A DNA stretch of 53,808 bases from Nemertoderma westbladi (GCA_032718475.1 JAUCBJ010004003.1:1-53808); one strand, 5' to 3'. Positions 1 to 14,400 are shown, counted from the stretch's first letter. A program made the numbers and translations. The notes: generated by a model not told the origin, from the sequence alone.

Positions 1-298
1 CTAATCGAATCGCAATCTTGTCGCAATCAAAATTCACCCCTCTCCAGGGGAAGATCGAATCAAATAACAGCTGATTATCCTCATAAATTTTCACTGTAAC
101 CGGTGCTATTGACTTTCGTTTATTGCATTGGTAGAATAACGTAATAACTGTAACATACTCTTTCCCTAAATTGATCATTGAGAGGCAGATATTAATTCGC
201 CGAGATGAGAAGTTTACACCCACCACCTGTCTAAACTGTAAGATAGTACAAATAATCCAAATAATTGCGTTCAATAAATTATATACTTTATTGTTAAG

Positions 299-2817
299 GG
301 GGGAACCACTTTGTTTGCGAAAGTGTCTGTGTAGCGATGCATCGCAACCTCTCGAGATCCCATCCAATGTTCCGACTGATGGCGCCACACTTTCTTTTTC
401 TACTCGCTATCAACCACCATGCCATTTCCAAACTACTTGGACCAGGTCGGTGGGTTGATACCTGTATGCAGGTGCAGTCCTGCGGGCTACTGGAGCTGGC
501 AGCCCAATCGTAAGTGAGCTTCCAGTATAACAGTTACCAATACAATTATAAATATATACAGTTAGTAAGTATTGTGAAAAAAATGGTAACTTGTTTTGGG
601 TTGTTCTAAGATGTACTTCTTATTTTTATCTAAAAAACTCACATTAAAAATACATAACAAATCGTTAATAACGCAGATTTGCGACTTGGAGGTTTGATTG
701 CAACTTCACCCTTCCGAATGACCTGAAGTTCAGAGGCGTTGACGACAAGAAACGACTTCCTAACTATCCATACAGGGATGATGCCTTGGATCTCTACAAC
801 GTCATTCGGGATTTCGTGAAAGCCGTCGTCCATATTGTTTATAAACGCGAAACAGATGTTGTATCTGATTGGGAAATACAACACTGGCGAAGAGAAATGG
901 AACTGCCCATAGAGGAGGGAGGGTGTGGATTTATAGTGAGTAACCAATTGGCACGAAATAAGTCATGAAGGTAGAAAGTGCGAGATGTTAGCATATGGAA
1001 AAATAAACGATATATGTGTATCTCAAAATATCAGCCACGTTTTACCTCATAATATAAACTGCAAAGTCAATACTGTGTTTTATGTAATTTATTTTAATAT
1101 AAATTTATAATGTAATATTATGGTTTTGTTCACAACTGGAAAAAATGAGGAAGCGCGTCACCGGGAGTTGAACCAGCGCTAAAACGTTCATTTCGGCCTA
1201 TTAGGTGATGTGTTTCCTCATTTTTTCCATCTCTGAACAAAACCATAATATTACATCATTAATTACAGTTGCATTATCAGCTCAACTCCAATTTATTGAA
1301 TTATAAATTTAAACCAAATATTATTTAGCAAACAGTTTTTAAATTCCTTTTTTAATCTGAACACCAATATTTATTCATGCTGTAGCTGGCTGGTATTGTA
1401 ATTCTGCATTATTTGATTAAGGATTTTCTATTTTACAGTATAAATGAATTCGATATTATTACTTCCGCTTTATTTTAGGGGGTTCCAGGCGAGAATGGAT
1501 TTAAGACACGTGAGGAATTAATCGACACGATAACGCCAATTATATTCCAAAGCAGCGTCGGTCATGCTTCTACTAATTTCCCACAATACGATGAGTACGG
1601 ATTCCCTCCTAACTACCCATCAATATTAATGGGCGATTATCCAAAACATAAGGTAAGTTATTATTCTATAAAGAAAATGCCGGCCCCCCACTTTAAATGA
1701 ACAGAAAAAAAGAAAAATAAAGCCCCCCACCCTCTTCTCACATGTTATAATAACATGATTAATCATTAATCATAGTAAAGCAGCTAAATTACTACATCTG
1801 TGTATGATAATAAACTCCGACTTCACTTAATCCCACAGGAACATCGATCAGCAAAAGATATCGTTAGAACTCTTCCAGGTAAATCCGTTATTCTAGACAT
1901 AATGGTGATCACAAAGATTCTCAGTACGAGAGCCACAGCCCCTCTTGGAAAGTACGAGGTTGAGTACACCTACGACCCCATAATCACAGACGAATTGAAA
2001 AAGTAAGGCTTATTACGTTATAATTATAAACCCAAACATAGACTTACCTACTAAATGCAAGCATTGCTGATTGTGTGAATTCCACAGCGCTACGCTATTT
2101 ATCCCCAAAATGGACAAACTAGAAACTAATAGTTATTTATTACAAACTATAAACTATTTATAATATAAAAAAGGCCCCAATGATTTACTCCAATGGGCGC
2201 ATTGGTTGGGAGTGTGTCTGAAGGGTGAGAATGAGAGACTCATAAAGCATTACAATAGCATTACATTACTCTTTACTTCGGAAAATAACATTGGTAGTTT
2301 TCAATTATACTATTATTGTAATTGTATTGGTATTTTTATCCAATTGTATTGGAATTTGTAACCTATTTTATGATTTATGGTGTTCTAGTGTGTTTTCTAA
2401 ATAATTATGTAAATTACGTCGCGCATTGAAAAACAAAGTATACCGATAGAAAACCCAAAGACTAAAGACATGGAAAAAAATCTTAAAGATTCTGCCCACC
2501 CCACAACAAATGTACACATATAGCAAAACATATACTTTGTTATTATGTTCGTTTGTTATGCCATATAATGTCTGATTATATAGAAATAAGAAAATATATA
2601 ATAATATTATATTTATATAATTTATTATATTCTTATACTGTTACTTATATTATTATATTACTATTACTATTACTTATTACTTATACTTTTTTATATTTTC
2701 AGATTCCGAACCAAACTACAAGGCTTAACGAGAAAGTTCTACGAAAGGAACCGAAGCCGCAAATACAAATACCCGTACCTCAACCCCAACGAGATACCAA
2801 ATGCTATAAGTGTATAG
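299..2817 (+). CDS. Lipoxygenase (animal arachidonate LOX family), 3' part; exons 299-509, 677-935, 1479-1652, 1839-2002, 2703-2817; 5' exons lie upstream of the window
   Basis: GT-AG exons join in phase and give GNHFVCE..MHRNLSRSHPMFRLMAPHFLFLLAINHHA, LPNYPYRDDALDLY, VGHASTNFPQYDEYGFPPNYP and a C-terminus YPYLNPNEIPNAISV*. These match LOX iron-ligand motifs (His, HAxxN, terminal residue). Confidence 0.95.
1101..1310. mobile_element. Small palindromic MITE-like element in a LOX intron
   Basis: Arm 1110-1162 (atgtaatattatggttttgttcac...gtcacc) is the imperfect reverse complement of arm 1204-1256; an outer aaatttataa/ttataaattt pair is also present. Confidence 0.6.
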
Positions 2818-3611
2818 AGTATCACTCAGACTTGATGCTTATGTAGACTTTGGAACAATAACGGCTAAGCCTACCGGTACTGTAAAGTATATAAATGTGA
2901 ATGGTGATATACATTCATCGGACATGGTGACGGTATCTAATATTACCAAATCGAAATATTCATAAATAATATTGTTATTTAAATTGCAAGCTATATGTAT
3001 CTCATGTACATGTAGTAGTATCTCAGTAGTATGTAGATAATTAGTATTCCTCACCGCGTCGCGTGTATTCAATGTTTTATAGCGGCCTACAGGTCAATAA
3101 TGAACAGGTAGATACAGTATGTATTGTATGGATATAGTAAAGTTGTCGTTGGCAAATATATATTAATAGGGACTTACATATACACCTGTTGCCTTATTGT
3201 AATCCCGCTGTGGTGTATGTAGTATAATATTTATTGATTTATATTATAATATGTTACAAAACTTTCATACAAGATGTGACGTATGTTGGTGCAGAGTGTT
3301 TTCCTTGCTAGTGGAAGTGGGTGCCTTAATTATAAACCAATAAATTTATGTGTATGTGTTTCCTATCATATTTATGTATGTTTGTAATGTAGGCAGTATA
3401 CATATTATATTAATTATAATAATACATTAAATCTATTTATAAGTTCATGGTGCGGTACGTATTTATTGTATAGATAATTGTAATAATATAAATTCGGTAA
3501 TAATATAAATTATAGGTTTTTCTTCCCACGTGATGGATTTATGGATTTCATTCTTGCATTATAATATTTCGGTGGCTGATTGCGGCCAATTATTTCCATT
3601 TTTTTTATTGT

Positions 3612-3960
3612 TTATCACCTGGGTGAAAAACCTTTTTCACCCGTGTGAAAAACCTTTTTCACCCGTGTGAAAAACCTTTTTCACCCGTGTGAAAAACCTT
3701 TTTCACCCGTGTGAAAAACATTTATCACCCGGGTGAAAAACATTTATCACCCTGGTGAAAAACATTTATCACCCGGGTGAAAAACATTTATCACCCGGGT
3801 GAAAAACATTTATCACCCCGGTGAAAAACATTTATCACCCGGGTGAAAAACATTTATCACCCTGGTGAAAAACATTTATCACCCTGGTGAAAAATATTTA
3901 TCACCCGGGTGAAAAACATTTATCACCTGGGTGAAAAGCATTTATCACCCTGGTGAAAAA
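3612..3960. repeat. 22-bp tandem repeat with palindromic core, about 16 copies
   Basis: Unit catttatcacccgggtgaaaaa / cctttttcacccgtgtgaaaaa; no spacers between copies. Confidence 0.95.
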
Positions 3961-4608
3961 AAATTAAATGCTTAAAGGCATTTGAATATTTTTTGATGTA
4001 AATCATTATAGATTTTTTTTTATTATTTTTTTTTACAGTACATTGTAATGTGCCGTAATTTTAATGATGGGCCTGTCTAATTACTACGAAACAGTAGGCC
4101 TATGCATGAGTGTGATGTCATAGTTACCGTAGATAAACCTCTAACTGACTGTAGTACATCCTGTGTGTGTATAAGCTTAAAGGGCTACATACCGCTAGGC
4201 GCAAACAGAAATTGGTTCCATTAGGCTGTTTTTCCAATGTGGCAGCGGCTAATAGATTTGTTTGTGCGAGAGTTGGCGAAACAATGCATATCCAGCAAGA
4301 AATTTTGTAAAAGTTATTACGTTTTAATTAATGCATAATGACAATGAGTCTGTTCACGGTCTGACGGCCAATTACAGTTTCCCTTTTCTTTGGCCTTTTC
4401 TTTATTTATATTTTTTTCCTCTCTTTGATCTTGTTTTGTTATGTTTTACTTTTTTATTCGTGTCCAGCTGCCTCTAATCCACGGAATCCAGTTAGATTGG
4501 TATTAGTATGGCCTGTGACCCCAATTTTTGATGAAAAAAACTAACTAGATAGTCTATTTAGATAGAGTCTAACTAAACTGAAAAAAACTAACTAGATAGA
4601 ACGATCTA

Positions 4609-5920
4609 TTGCGATGTTCCAGAATGTTATTTGACAGTTGCCATGGTTACCATTTTGGAGAAAAAAGGCGTTTTAAGAATGTTAGTTTTGAAAATTTATG
4701 TACAATAAAATTGCTTAATTTTGCGTGTAAAAACCATAGTTATGTTCGTTCTGTGGGAGGAGATGTTGTTGATTCAGACAGCACAAAGGAGTACAGTTGT
4801 ACTGAAATTTATTCGAATTCATTGGAGCCCAAGGGCCGAGATGAACTGGCCAGTTATCACTCATCATTTTTTGGTGATCACCGTAACCCCACTTCTGAAA
4901 GTATGGGAAATTATATTTCGTTTTTCAAAGTATTGATCAGCAAATTTGAGAGCTTCAAATCCTGCAATACATCATATACCATGTTTGATATACTGCGGGC
5001 TAGGGTAGTGGAAAGTATCTACGATATACTTGAAGAATCTGAAATTTCTACTCCCATCATTATGACTAAGTTTATCGGTGAAGATGGCGTTGACACAGAA
5101 GGTCTGACTCGTGATATGTTTTCGTTGTTCTTTTACCATCAAAGTGGAGAGCTATTTCGTGGAACATATCCGAAATTTGCGTTTCGACGCAATATTGGGT
5201 GTCTAGATAAATTTGAATTCCTTGGTAGAATGACTGCCCCCAGCTTTGTTGAATGGCGCACCGGGGCGCACTTCTTCTCCCCATCTGTAGCTTCATCCAT
5301 TCTCGAGATTCCTTATTCGGTTCCCATTGATGAGCTACCTTTAGAAGAGAGTGATATCATAGAGAAGATTAAAGCATTGGAAGACGTACAGGATGAAAAG
5401 GCTTTCTCCGATTTAGTTGGAAACTTCAGTGAAAGGTTTGAAATGGGTTTAACATTTCATTCTCAGATTTCTTTCAAAGAGAAGAACTCTGCAATATAAA
5501 TTATTTGTCGCCATATTCTGATTAGCACATGTTTGGAGGAGATTCAAAGTTACAGGAAAGGCTTGCAATTCTTCAGTGTATTGGATATTATGAAGCTGTA
5601 TTCTCATGATGCTCTGAAAGAGCTCATCCATGAGCTTGTTACAGTAGACGATGTTAAACGTTGCTTCAGTCCATCATACACATCACCTGATAAATCTAGG
5701 GAGAGAGAAAAAGAACAAGACATTGCTTTTAAGTTTAATATGTTCTTAACAAAGGTCAGTAAAGGATTACTCAAGGCCCTACTACGAGAGCAATGCAACA
5801 GAAGAGAAAGTGTTAAGTCTTGGCGATATATTGCATTTCGGTTCAGGATCTCGATTTTCCAACTTTAAGGGAACGTTGCAGTTTGATAGAACGGATATGG
5901 CATCATATCTGGCTCAAAAT
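4609..5920 (+). pseudogene. Intronless G2E3-like HECT-domain pseudogene, copy 1 (stops and frameshifts; truncated before the catalytic Cys)
   Basis: HECT N-lobe motifs KFIGEDGVDTEGLTRDMFSLFF and FEFLGRMTA...GAHFFSPSVASSIL; continues in broken frames (IQSYRKGLQFFSVL; LSLGDILHFGSG). Confidence 0.8.
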
Positions 5921-5961
5921 TCAATATTTGAAGTGGGGTTGCAATATTTAAAAAAATTGCA

Positions 5962-6328
5962 AAATATTGACACAGTTCAGTTTAAATATTGACACAGTAC
6001 AATATAATATTGACATAGTACAATATAATATTGACACAGTACAATATAATATTGACACAGTACAATATAATATTGACATAGTACAATATAATATTGACAT
6101 AGTACAATATAATATTGACACAGTACAGTTTAAATATTGACACAGTACAGTTTAAATATTGACATAGTACAGTATAATATTGACACAGTTCAGTTTAAAT
6201 ATTGACACAGTACAGTTTAAATATTGACACAGTACAGTATAATATTGACACAGTTCAGTTTAAATATTGACACAGTACAGTTTAAATATTGACACAGTAC
6301 AGTTTAAATATTGACACAGTACAATATG
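5962..6328. repeat. 21-22-bp minisatellite, about 17 copies
   Basis: Unit aatattgacacagtaca(gttta/atat). Confidence 0.95.
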
Positions 6329-6747
6329 AAATGACAAGTCAAATTTCCCTCTCCACACATACATACTATTTGATTAGAGTTAATCCAATGTACCTCACCA
6401 GTACACATATGTCAGTGCCCTACGCCATTCCTTATCCTTACTGCCATAATATAGCAGTATAGTGCTGTACTAAGGCATACTGCAGTGGAGTACAGTAATT
6501 TAGTTACAGCAATACTGCTGTACAAGTACAATTCCACCCAATTTAAAACACCCTCTTCTTGATCCTCAGCCCTGTCATTTAAAGGCAAAACACCCTACAT
6601 ATAAAATATGGTACATAGGGTATTTTGCCTTAGTAACACTTTTATTCAGTAGATATTGGCGGGAATTTACCCTAGCAAAGATTTTTTATACTTGTTGTAC
6701 TGACTCTATAGAAACTCAATTCAGTCGATTAGGAATATACAAAACCA

Positions 6748-7620
6748 ATGGAACTGGAAGACACGTTTTATGGCTTCAACTTGGATGAAGATATCGGTGG
6801 TGGTGTTTTAGCTCAGGTGACAGGGGACTGTGGGGATGATATACCCACTGAACTTATTAATATTTTATCGAACTTTCCCGTCGATATTCCAGATGAAAAA
6901 ATTGTCATGTTAAACATTGATGTTCAGGGCCCAGCTGTCAATCAGAGCTTTATAGAAGAAATGGGTGACCAAGACGCCCAGTCGTCTAGAAAGAGACATG
7001 CCCCTCCCGATAGCGACTATAATCCAATAGTATGCAAGAGTTTACCGACTGGGATGGAGACTGGGATGGGATGGAGATGGAGGACACCCTTTTCTTTTGT
7101 TTGGTTTCTCTGGTGCAGGTTGTGGGGCCAAAGGCTATAGAATTTTGGTACTTTGAGCCTCATCATAGTTTTATGAGCGCCGACAAACTACACAGATTGG
7201 TCAACAAAGAGTTGGTTGCTAAGAAAAAGGTCTACGACTTTCAAGATTTCAGACAGTGTGTTAGGAAAGCGAGTAATCATAAGAGAGAGATAAAGTCAAT
7301 AATTTTCTCCGATTTCCAGGATTGGCAAGATCAAACAACAAAAGGTAGGCTGAAGCAATTCAGAGATAATGCTACATTCCCATACTTAAAGGAAAGAGTA
7401 GTTTTGCGGTTTGAAGAAGGTAGTTTCGATATTCACTTTAAGAAGGACTACAAAGAAGTTGGTTGGCAAAAAGTCAACTTATTGAAGCGCAATGTCCTAT
7501 TGGCATCCCACGTCCACTGGTTCAACCCAAAGGAGTTCCCATAGACAGAGTCAATGAAATGATTCAACGAATTGGGCGAATAATTCCAAGAAATACAATT
7601 GGTTTTTGGAATTCGATAGT
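6748..7620 (+). mobile_element. Degenerate DDE transposase fragment, Sola1-like
   Basis: YFEPHHSFMSADKLHRLVNKELVAKKKVYDFQDF resembles the Sola-type FxEpGHtFMsaDsxH motif followed by KkxYDfxDf; N-terminal part is deleted and frameshifted. Confidence 0.55.
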
Positions 7621-7822
7621 TAAAGTGTGATGGTGAACTGAACATTTCAATAATGAAGGACTGCACTTCAAGGCAAAGTAGACTGAGTTTGATTTTGGCG
7701 GACTGGGTTTTGTGGTCACATAGTTGCACAGTAGCTAGCTAGAATATTTCTAAAAATTTTATGGGCAAAGATGTAACTATTATCGATTGCCCAGAGTTTA
7801 GTTTTTGAGTACTTTATATTCA

Positions 7823-8797
7823 GCTAGATCAGTTAATACCAAAAATAGATGGTTACACCAATAGAAGCAGGCAGCGCAAAAATAGATGGTTACACCAATA
7901 GAACCAGGCACCGCCAGATCAGTTACTACCAAAAATGGAGGGTTACAGCAATAGAAGCAGACATCACTAGATCAGTTAATACCAAAAATAGATGGTTACA
8001 GCAATAGAACCAGACATCGCTAGATCAGTTAATACAAAAGAACCATACATTGTAGATCAGTTAATACCAAAAATAGATGGTTCCAGCAATAGAGCCAGGC
8101 ACCGCTAGATCAGTTAATACCATAAATAGATGGTTACAGCAATAGAACCAGACATCGCTAGATCAGTTAATACAAAAGAACCAGACATTGTAGATCAGTT
8201 AATACCAAAAATAGATGGTTTCAGCAATAGAACCAGACATCGATAGTTTAGTTAATACCAAAAATAGATGGTTACACCAATAGAACCAGACATCGCTAGA
8301 TCAGTTAATACCAAAAATAGATGGTTACAGCAATAGAACCAGACATTGCTAGATCAGTTAATACAAAAGAACCAGACATTGTAGATCAGTTAATACCAAA
8401 AATAGATGGTTACAGCAATAGAACCAGACATCGCTAGATCAGTTAATACCAAAAATAGATGGTTACACCAACAGAACCAGGCACCGCTAGATCAGTTAAT
8501 ACCAAAAATAGATGGTTACAGCAATAGAACCAGACATCGCTAGATCAGTTAATACAAAAGAACCAGACATTGTAGATCAGTTAATACCAAAAATAGATGG
8601 TTTCAGCAATAGAGCCAGGCACTGCTAGATCAGTTAATACCATAAATAGATGGTTACAGCAATATAACCAGACATCGCTAGATCAGTTAATACCAAAAAT
8701 AGATGGTTACAGCAATAGAACCAGGCACCGCTAGATCAGATTAATACAAAAGAACCAGACATTGTAGATCAGTTAATACCAAAAATAGATGGTTACA
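7823..8797. repeat. Compound tandem repeat of 53-bp and 32-bp related units
   Basis: Long unit ctagatcagttaataccaaaaatagatggttacagcaatagaaccagacatcg interspersed with an internally deleted unit tagatcagttaatacaaaagaaccagacattg. Confidence 0.95.
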
Positions 8798-9100
8798 TAC
8801 ATGGTTCGAAAAATAGACACTAACTGTTTCGAACACCGCTAGATCCACTGGTACAATATTGGCTTATAGCCATGAAAATGGAATTATATAATGATGCATA
8901 ATATAGATACACCAGATATCTAAGGTACATTGAAATACTCTAATATATGTTCATGCTTTTTGTTAAATGTAACACCAGTTAAACTATAGGTGCTTTCAAT
9001 GTATTGAACCTTCACACGGTCACTCAGTGTAAGTTCCAAAGTGTCAAAGTCAAAAATACTCATCAGCTGTTTTGTACTGTAACTATAAGCAGTAACCAAT

Positions 9101-12100
9101 TCAGAAGAAAGTAAGGGAAAAGACTGGCCGCTCTACGATACCCACTCCCAGAACCCCGGTAGATTGTACTTTAATATTAAACAAAAACCCGAGATGATAA
9201 GACAAATGTAGTCTGGGATTTGGACACTGAAAACCACGCAGGATGGTTCCGGTTAAGGCCCGATATGACTCCACACTAATTGGGTGTGTACCAAAGACAC
9301 CATAAATAACGGAATTATTCACATATGATCTTAGTAGTAATAATCCACAGAGAATCTTATGATAGTAGGCGTCAAGCCTGTCTATCTCGGACTGAGTCAG
9401 ATCGCCGATTATAAATCTAGATGTGTAGGTAAAAGCGGATACAGCCAATGCTTTCCAAAGAGTTGCTATGGTTGCTGGTGTGTGCCAACGGGCAGTCCAA
9501 CCACTTTTATGGAAGAGATCCGATAGGGCAGTAAGCTTTTGTTTGGCAGTTTGATATTGGCACCAACACATTATCTATAGTAATGAAAGACGGGGGGCTG
9601 CAATGACTTTCGTGGTTTAATCAGACAGATGTGAATCCACTTCGATTTGCTAGGTTCTATAGACAGCGCAATCTTTTTGGCCTCACTATTAACAATATCA
9701 CCCATCACCTCATTATCCCATAGCAGCAACTAATCAACATCAGGTCATCGGCATAAGAGAAAACGCCCATCCAAATATTATTAAATTGGACTTTTCCAGC
9801 TCATCCATCACATCAACCAGATATAGATTGAAGAGTATGGGAGATATAAACGATCCCTGTTTCACACCTCTACTTGGATAAACCGGATTTACATAAATCG
9901 TATTTTTAAACTTAAGCCAGAGAGAATCCCAATAGAATAATAATGTAGCAAAGTGATACCAACATGAGGATTTATGATATTCATCAGTTTGTCAAATAAC
10001 AAGGCATGAGAAACATTATCGAAAGCAGCGGAGATATCAAGCTGGCACATATAGACCGGAGATCCTTGTTGTCGATAGTATTCAAGTAGTTCTAGAATAG
10101 CGCCTACAACTGTGTCCGAGCCAATTTTCTTCTGATATGCGGCTTGTGTATTGTGTGGTTGAATATTAGGAAGTAGGTGAAATTTCAATATATAGCCCTC
10201 GAATACTTTAGCAAAAATACTAACTGTCGCAATGGGCTGATATGAATTAGCTTTTTGTGGATCTTTTCCTTTACCCTTAAATAAGCTAGTCATTATTGTA
10301 TCACCGAAAATATCCGGCACAATGTGAAGTGTGAAGCAAGAATTCAGTAAATTACTTAGTGGAGTTGAGATAATACCGCTATTCAGAAATTGTAGATTTT
10401 CTGCAGTTAAACCAGATTTATCAACTGACTTCCCACGATGCAACGACTGGATTATGCCACCAACTATTTTATGTGTCACCAATGGCGGCTTAGAAGAATT
10501 CATCTTCTCATTATATTCTGTTACAAATTTATCAAAGTTCTGTAAATTGTGTGGCTTACTGTCAAAAGCGTGTGTGTAGTGACTGTGCATCTCCGTAGTC
10601 ATGCTTTGAGGGACACTATGTGAAGGTTTAGCGAAAGATCTCCAGAACTGTCTACTATTTTTCTCAGTGGACATACCATTCGCTTTGTTTGTAATGTGTA
10701 ATCTACAAAGCCACTTTTGCAACCTTCAAACCGATTTCTTAGACTCTTTAAAGGCCAGGCCCATCGGGCCAACTTGCCCAAGTCTTGTAGAGTTTATGTG
10801 TAATCTCACTTCGCCTGGATAAGTTTATATTTCTGATGTGTAGATTCTTAGTTATACTCCGCCTTTTTATAAGAGGTATATGCTTTGCAGCTGCTGAGCA
10901 TATAATTTTCTCAACATTAACCATATAGACATTTAACTCCTCTTTAGTTCACTCAGTTGGATCAGGTGATATCGCCAAATTTTCATTTAATAAATCCAAA
11001 TTATCTCCAACTTCCTTACTATACTGGTATAATTGAGTTTCTGAGGCTTTATGCCATGCAAATTGTGGCTTTATTGGAAGGAAATCTGCAGAGTTTCCTG
11101 GATTGTTGAGTGGCGTGAGGACTATCGGGGCAGTAACAGGGGCGTGGTCTGAGATGTTTTCGTACTTTCGTCAACCTCCATTACTTTACCTTCAGATATA
11201 TAACAGAATCCAGATAGACTCGTAATAATATGATCGATGTAAGAACAGTTTCTGCCATTCTTAAAGGTTGTACAAGGGCCAGTGAAACAGTCTTGTGTAT
11301 CTGGAAACAGTAAATTGTTGCTGATGAGGTGATTGTGAAGTAGTAAGCCATACTCGTTGCTGTAGGCCTAGAGAAACGTGGACCCTGTAGGTTCCCCGCA
11401 TCCGCATGAATCTGATAACACAAATGGAATGTAATCAGGATGTGTATCAATTATTCCATTCAGTCTGCCCAAGTGTGAGTGATACAGGTTAACATTTTTG
11501 CCTTGATCAGGAATGATAAGCTGATAAGCTGAAATTAAAAGTAAGGATTCTTTACAATTCTTTGGCTTAGCTAAAATCCTGACTATATCATCTTCTGAAT
11601 CAACCCGAGTATGACTGATAAACAAATTCTTTCTATACAATATCGCCACACCATCTGCCCCTCTTTTTTGCATATGGTTCGACATGAGATGGCTTACACT
11701 GAATTCAAAGTCAAAATCATTGCTAAGGCCCCCAAATATTATCTCAGCTTCTAGTTCATCTAACCAGTGCTCCTGGATGGCTAGAACATCTACATCTTCT
11801 AATAAAGACTGTATATATTGAATATTGTTTACCATACCATGGACATTGAACATTGCAATTCTTATCTTTAATCCGCTACGATTAGCCGTAGTGTTGCTTA
11901 AAGTTCCACAACCAGCTGAAAATCCATATTCACTATTCACAATAGAAACAGTTCTGTGCGATATATCCTCATCCAACGATGTGCCATGTGAGTTTGTTAC
12001 ATACTGAGCTTCAGTTTTCCTCATGTGTGTGTTTCCCACATTAATGCTATTATCAATACGCACATCCCGATTTCTACAAATACTATTATCGAAATCATAC

Positions 12101-12102
12101 AA
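9101..12102 (-). pseudogene. LINE ORF2 (endonuclease-reverse transcriptase), frameshifted
   Basis: ORFs 11368-12102 (APE), 9889-10722 (RT) and 9101-9571 (post-RT) are collinear fragments. Confidence 0.9.
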
Positions 12103-13799
12103 GAGTCTCTGATCAACAGCTTCTATGCACGCATTACTGGGGCTAAAGGTACTGCTTGTACTGGAGTGGATATTTCAAACCTGAGTATGAATGTTGTCCT
12201 GGATCTCTCCGTAGGGGGTGTGACAAATACATACTTTGTGCTGGAACATCACAGCAGGGATTTTACATTATTCCAAAATCCGCATGGACATGATTCCTCC
12301 ACACATTATTTAGATTGTTTCGAGTTTGATGATAGGATCGATTTGAGAACAATTCTCTGCACATTATTCCAGTTGACCAGAAATCCAGAGAAAACAATGC
12401 AGCCTTATGCACGGCACTAACAGTGATTTTAATGTTCTTTATGCCGTTTCTAATATGAGAAATAAGTCGGTGTACCTTTATTCCTCTGATTTCCAAAAAT
12501 AGAACCATATCTCTATCTGTGCAACTCAAATGAATACCATCAACATAGAAGGACGTGAGTCTTCTTGATTCAGCGCTCTGAGGGTTGTTGGAAGTTGCAG
12601 TAAAATTTTGTGAAGGTGGATTTCCATAACTATTGTGATCCATCTCCATGTAATGTATGTCTGTAGTGAAGTTTCCGTTCTTGTGCCTCTGTTTCATGTA
12701 GGCAATATCTGGTGAAAGAGGTGTATGTGTTTGGTTTAGCTTTCCATATGATGAATTTCTTGAGGGATAATTGCGGATTATCCTTTCACTGTGAGCAACA
12801 TTCCTTTTCATTTGAGGTTGGATATTTTCCTCGCTTAGTGGAGAAAATTAGTTGTTGGTATGAACAGGTGGAATGACTGTAGCTTGCCTATTCAAAGGGA
12901 TATGGTTGCCTCGACGTCTCTGGGGGGATATCAATGTGGTGAAACAGCTTCACCTTGGATTTTATCTACAGTTGTATGATGTGGAAAGTTGTTAATTGGG
13001 TTGCAGTTGGTATTTTACTGGCTGTAATCTTATATTCTGTTTGCTAATACTCAGAATATTTCTTTCAACAGTTCATTCGCCTTCTACGGAGTTAATATTA
13101 TTAGCTAACTTGTTTTTATGAAAAGGAGAGCCGCTACAGCTTTGGGAGATATCCATTTGTGCTGACTTTGTTGTGTTTTCTTTCGCATTATTCAACTGTT
13201 TCAGTCGGTTTTCTAAAATCATCCTGGAGTGACGTTCTTCATTCACATCATCAGTTAGCTGCTTTACCCTCTCAGTCAAAGAATCATTCTGATTGTTCAA
13301 CACACAGAGCTTCAATTGTAAATTAGCAATGGCAGCTAGCATTTCCTTTCTTAACTGCTCCATGGCTGGATTTTCTTCCTCAGCAGTCTTTTCTTTATCT
13401 TTGTCTCTTGCTAGCCTTTTATGACACGCTGTAGTTTAGTGTTTATCAAGTACAGACCTCTAAAGTTCATAGATGTCACTGCCATTTCATGAGATGATTG
13501 TCTAGTACACAATTGTAAAGCCATACTTTGACAGGGAGACATTAAGCTCTTAACTTCATGGTACAGCATATCACGCTGTACAACCCTTACATCGTTAACT
13601 TGTTCTTCTCAAGCCTTTAGTGCCTCTTTCTGCGGTACTTTCGAAATGGACTTCAGAATGTGTGCACCTGGTATGAGTGAATTGTTACCAACGTCAGTAT
13701 TTTCAGCTCTATTTGTGATCCTGAACTCACTATGTTCCATATTTGGATGCTTCAAGGCAGTACTGGTAACAACAATATCGTCAATATCACATATTTTAA

Positions 13800-14400
13800 T
13801 GTTTTCCAAACAGCGATTTAACCAATTCCTCAGGTTACTTCTGGCTGTATCACCAAACTGGATGCGTCTGTAATTAGATGCTAAGAAATGGGCATATAAG
13901 CAGAGATATGTGCCGCAGTAGGTGTCATTTTGCTGGCTAGGAAACTGCTGCTAAAAGTTAGAGTCTACTGTCCATTCTTTGTTTTTATCGTTCTTTGAAC
14001 TCCTGATGAGGTTGACGAGATAACACAGTGACTCCACGATTGGAGGTTCTTTAGGTGTGGAGCGATATCTTGTGGATAGACTGCATAGAGTATAAACCTT
14101 TCTTTCTGGAACATTAGCCACGTGCAGCACAAAGTGCATACTGTCACAATCGGGAAACATAACATAACGCATGGACTCTACCTCACAAACAGCAGTGACA
14201 TAATGAATGGCAGTTGCCACATCATAGTTTTCTGTCTCAGCTTCATACTGCACAAACTGGAATCAACGCAGCCAATTCCACTAAATTGTTGCTGTAGGAT
14301 GGAGAGAAAGGTATCTATAATTACAGAGGAGAGATACCTGCCGTCTTTCAAGTACTGCCAATTGATATCATATGGCCTAAGTGAAACAACTCCACGATTT
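13800..14400 (-). pseudogene. Ulp1/SENP-like (peptidase C48) cysteine protease domain, disrupted
   Basis: LKDGRYLSSVIIDTFL, then a frameshift, then MFPDCDSMHFVLHVA..KVYTLCSL, then a stop, then QQFPSQQNDTYCGTYLCLYA. This gives the His...Q-x5-C-G order of C48 proteases. Confidence 0.7.

Noticed and set aside
171-458. 95-aa ORF and similar short ORFs over the LOX region (639-947, 2553-2846)
   Set aside because: Wrong-frame or antisense overlaps of LOX exons.
3612-3960. CRISPR-like palindromic repeats (also considered for 7823-8797 and 47790-47921)
   Set aside because: No unique spacers, no cas genes, and the context is eukaryotic.
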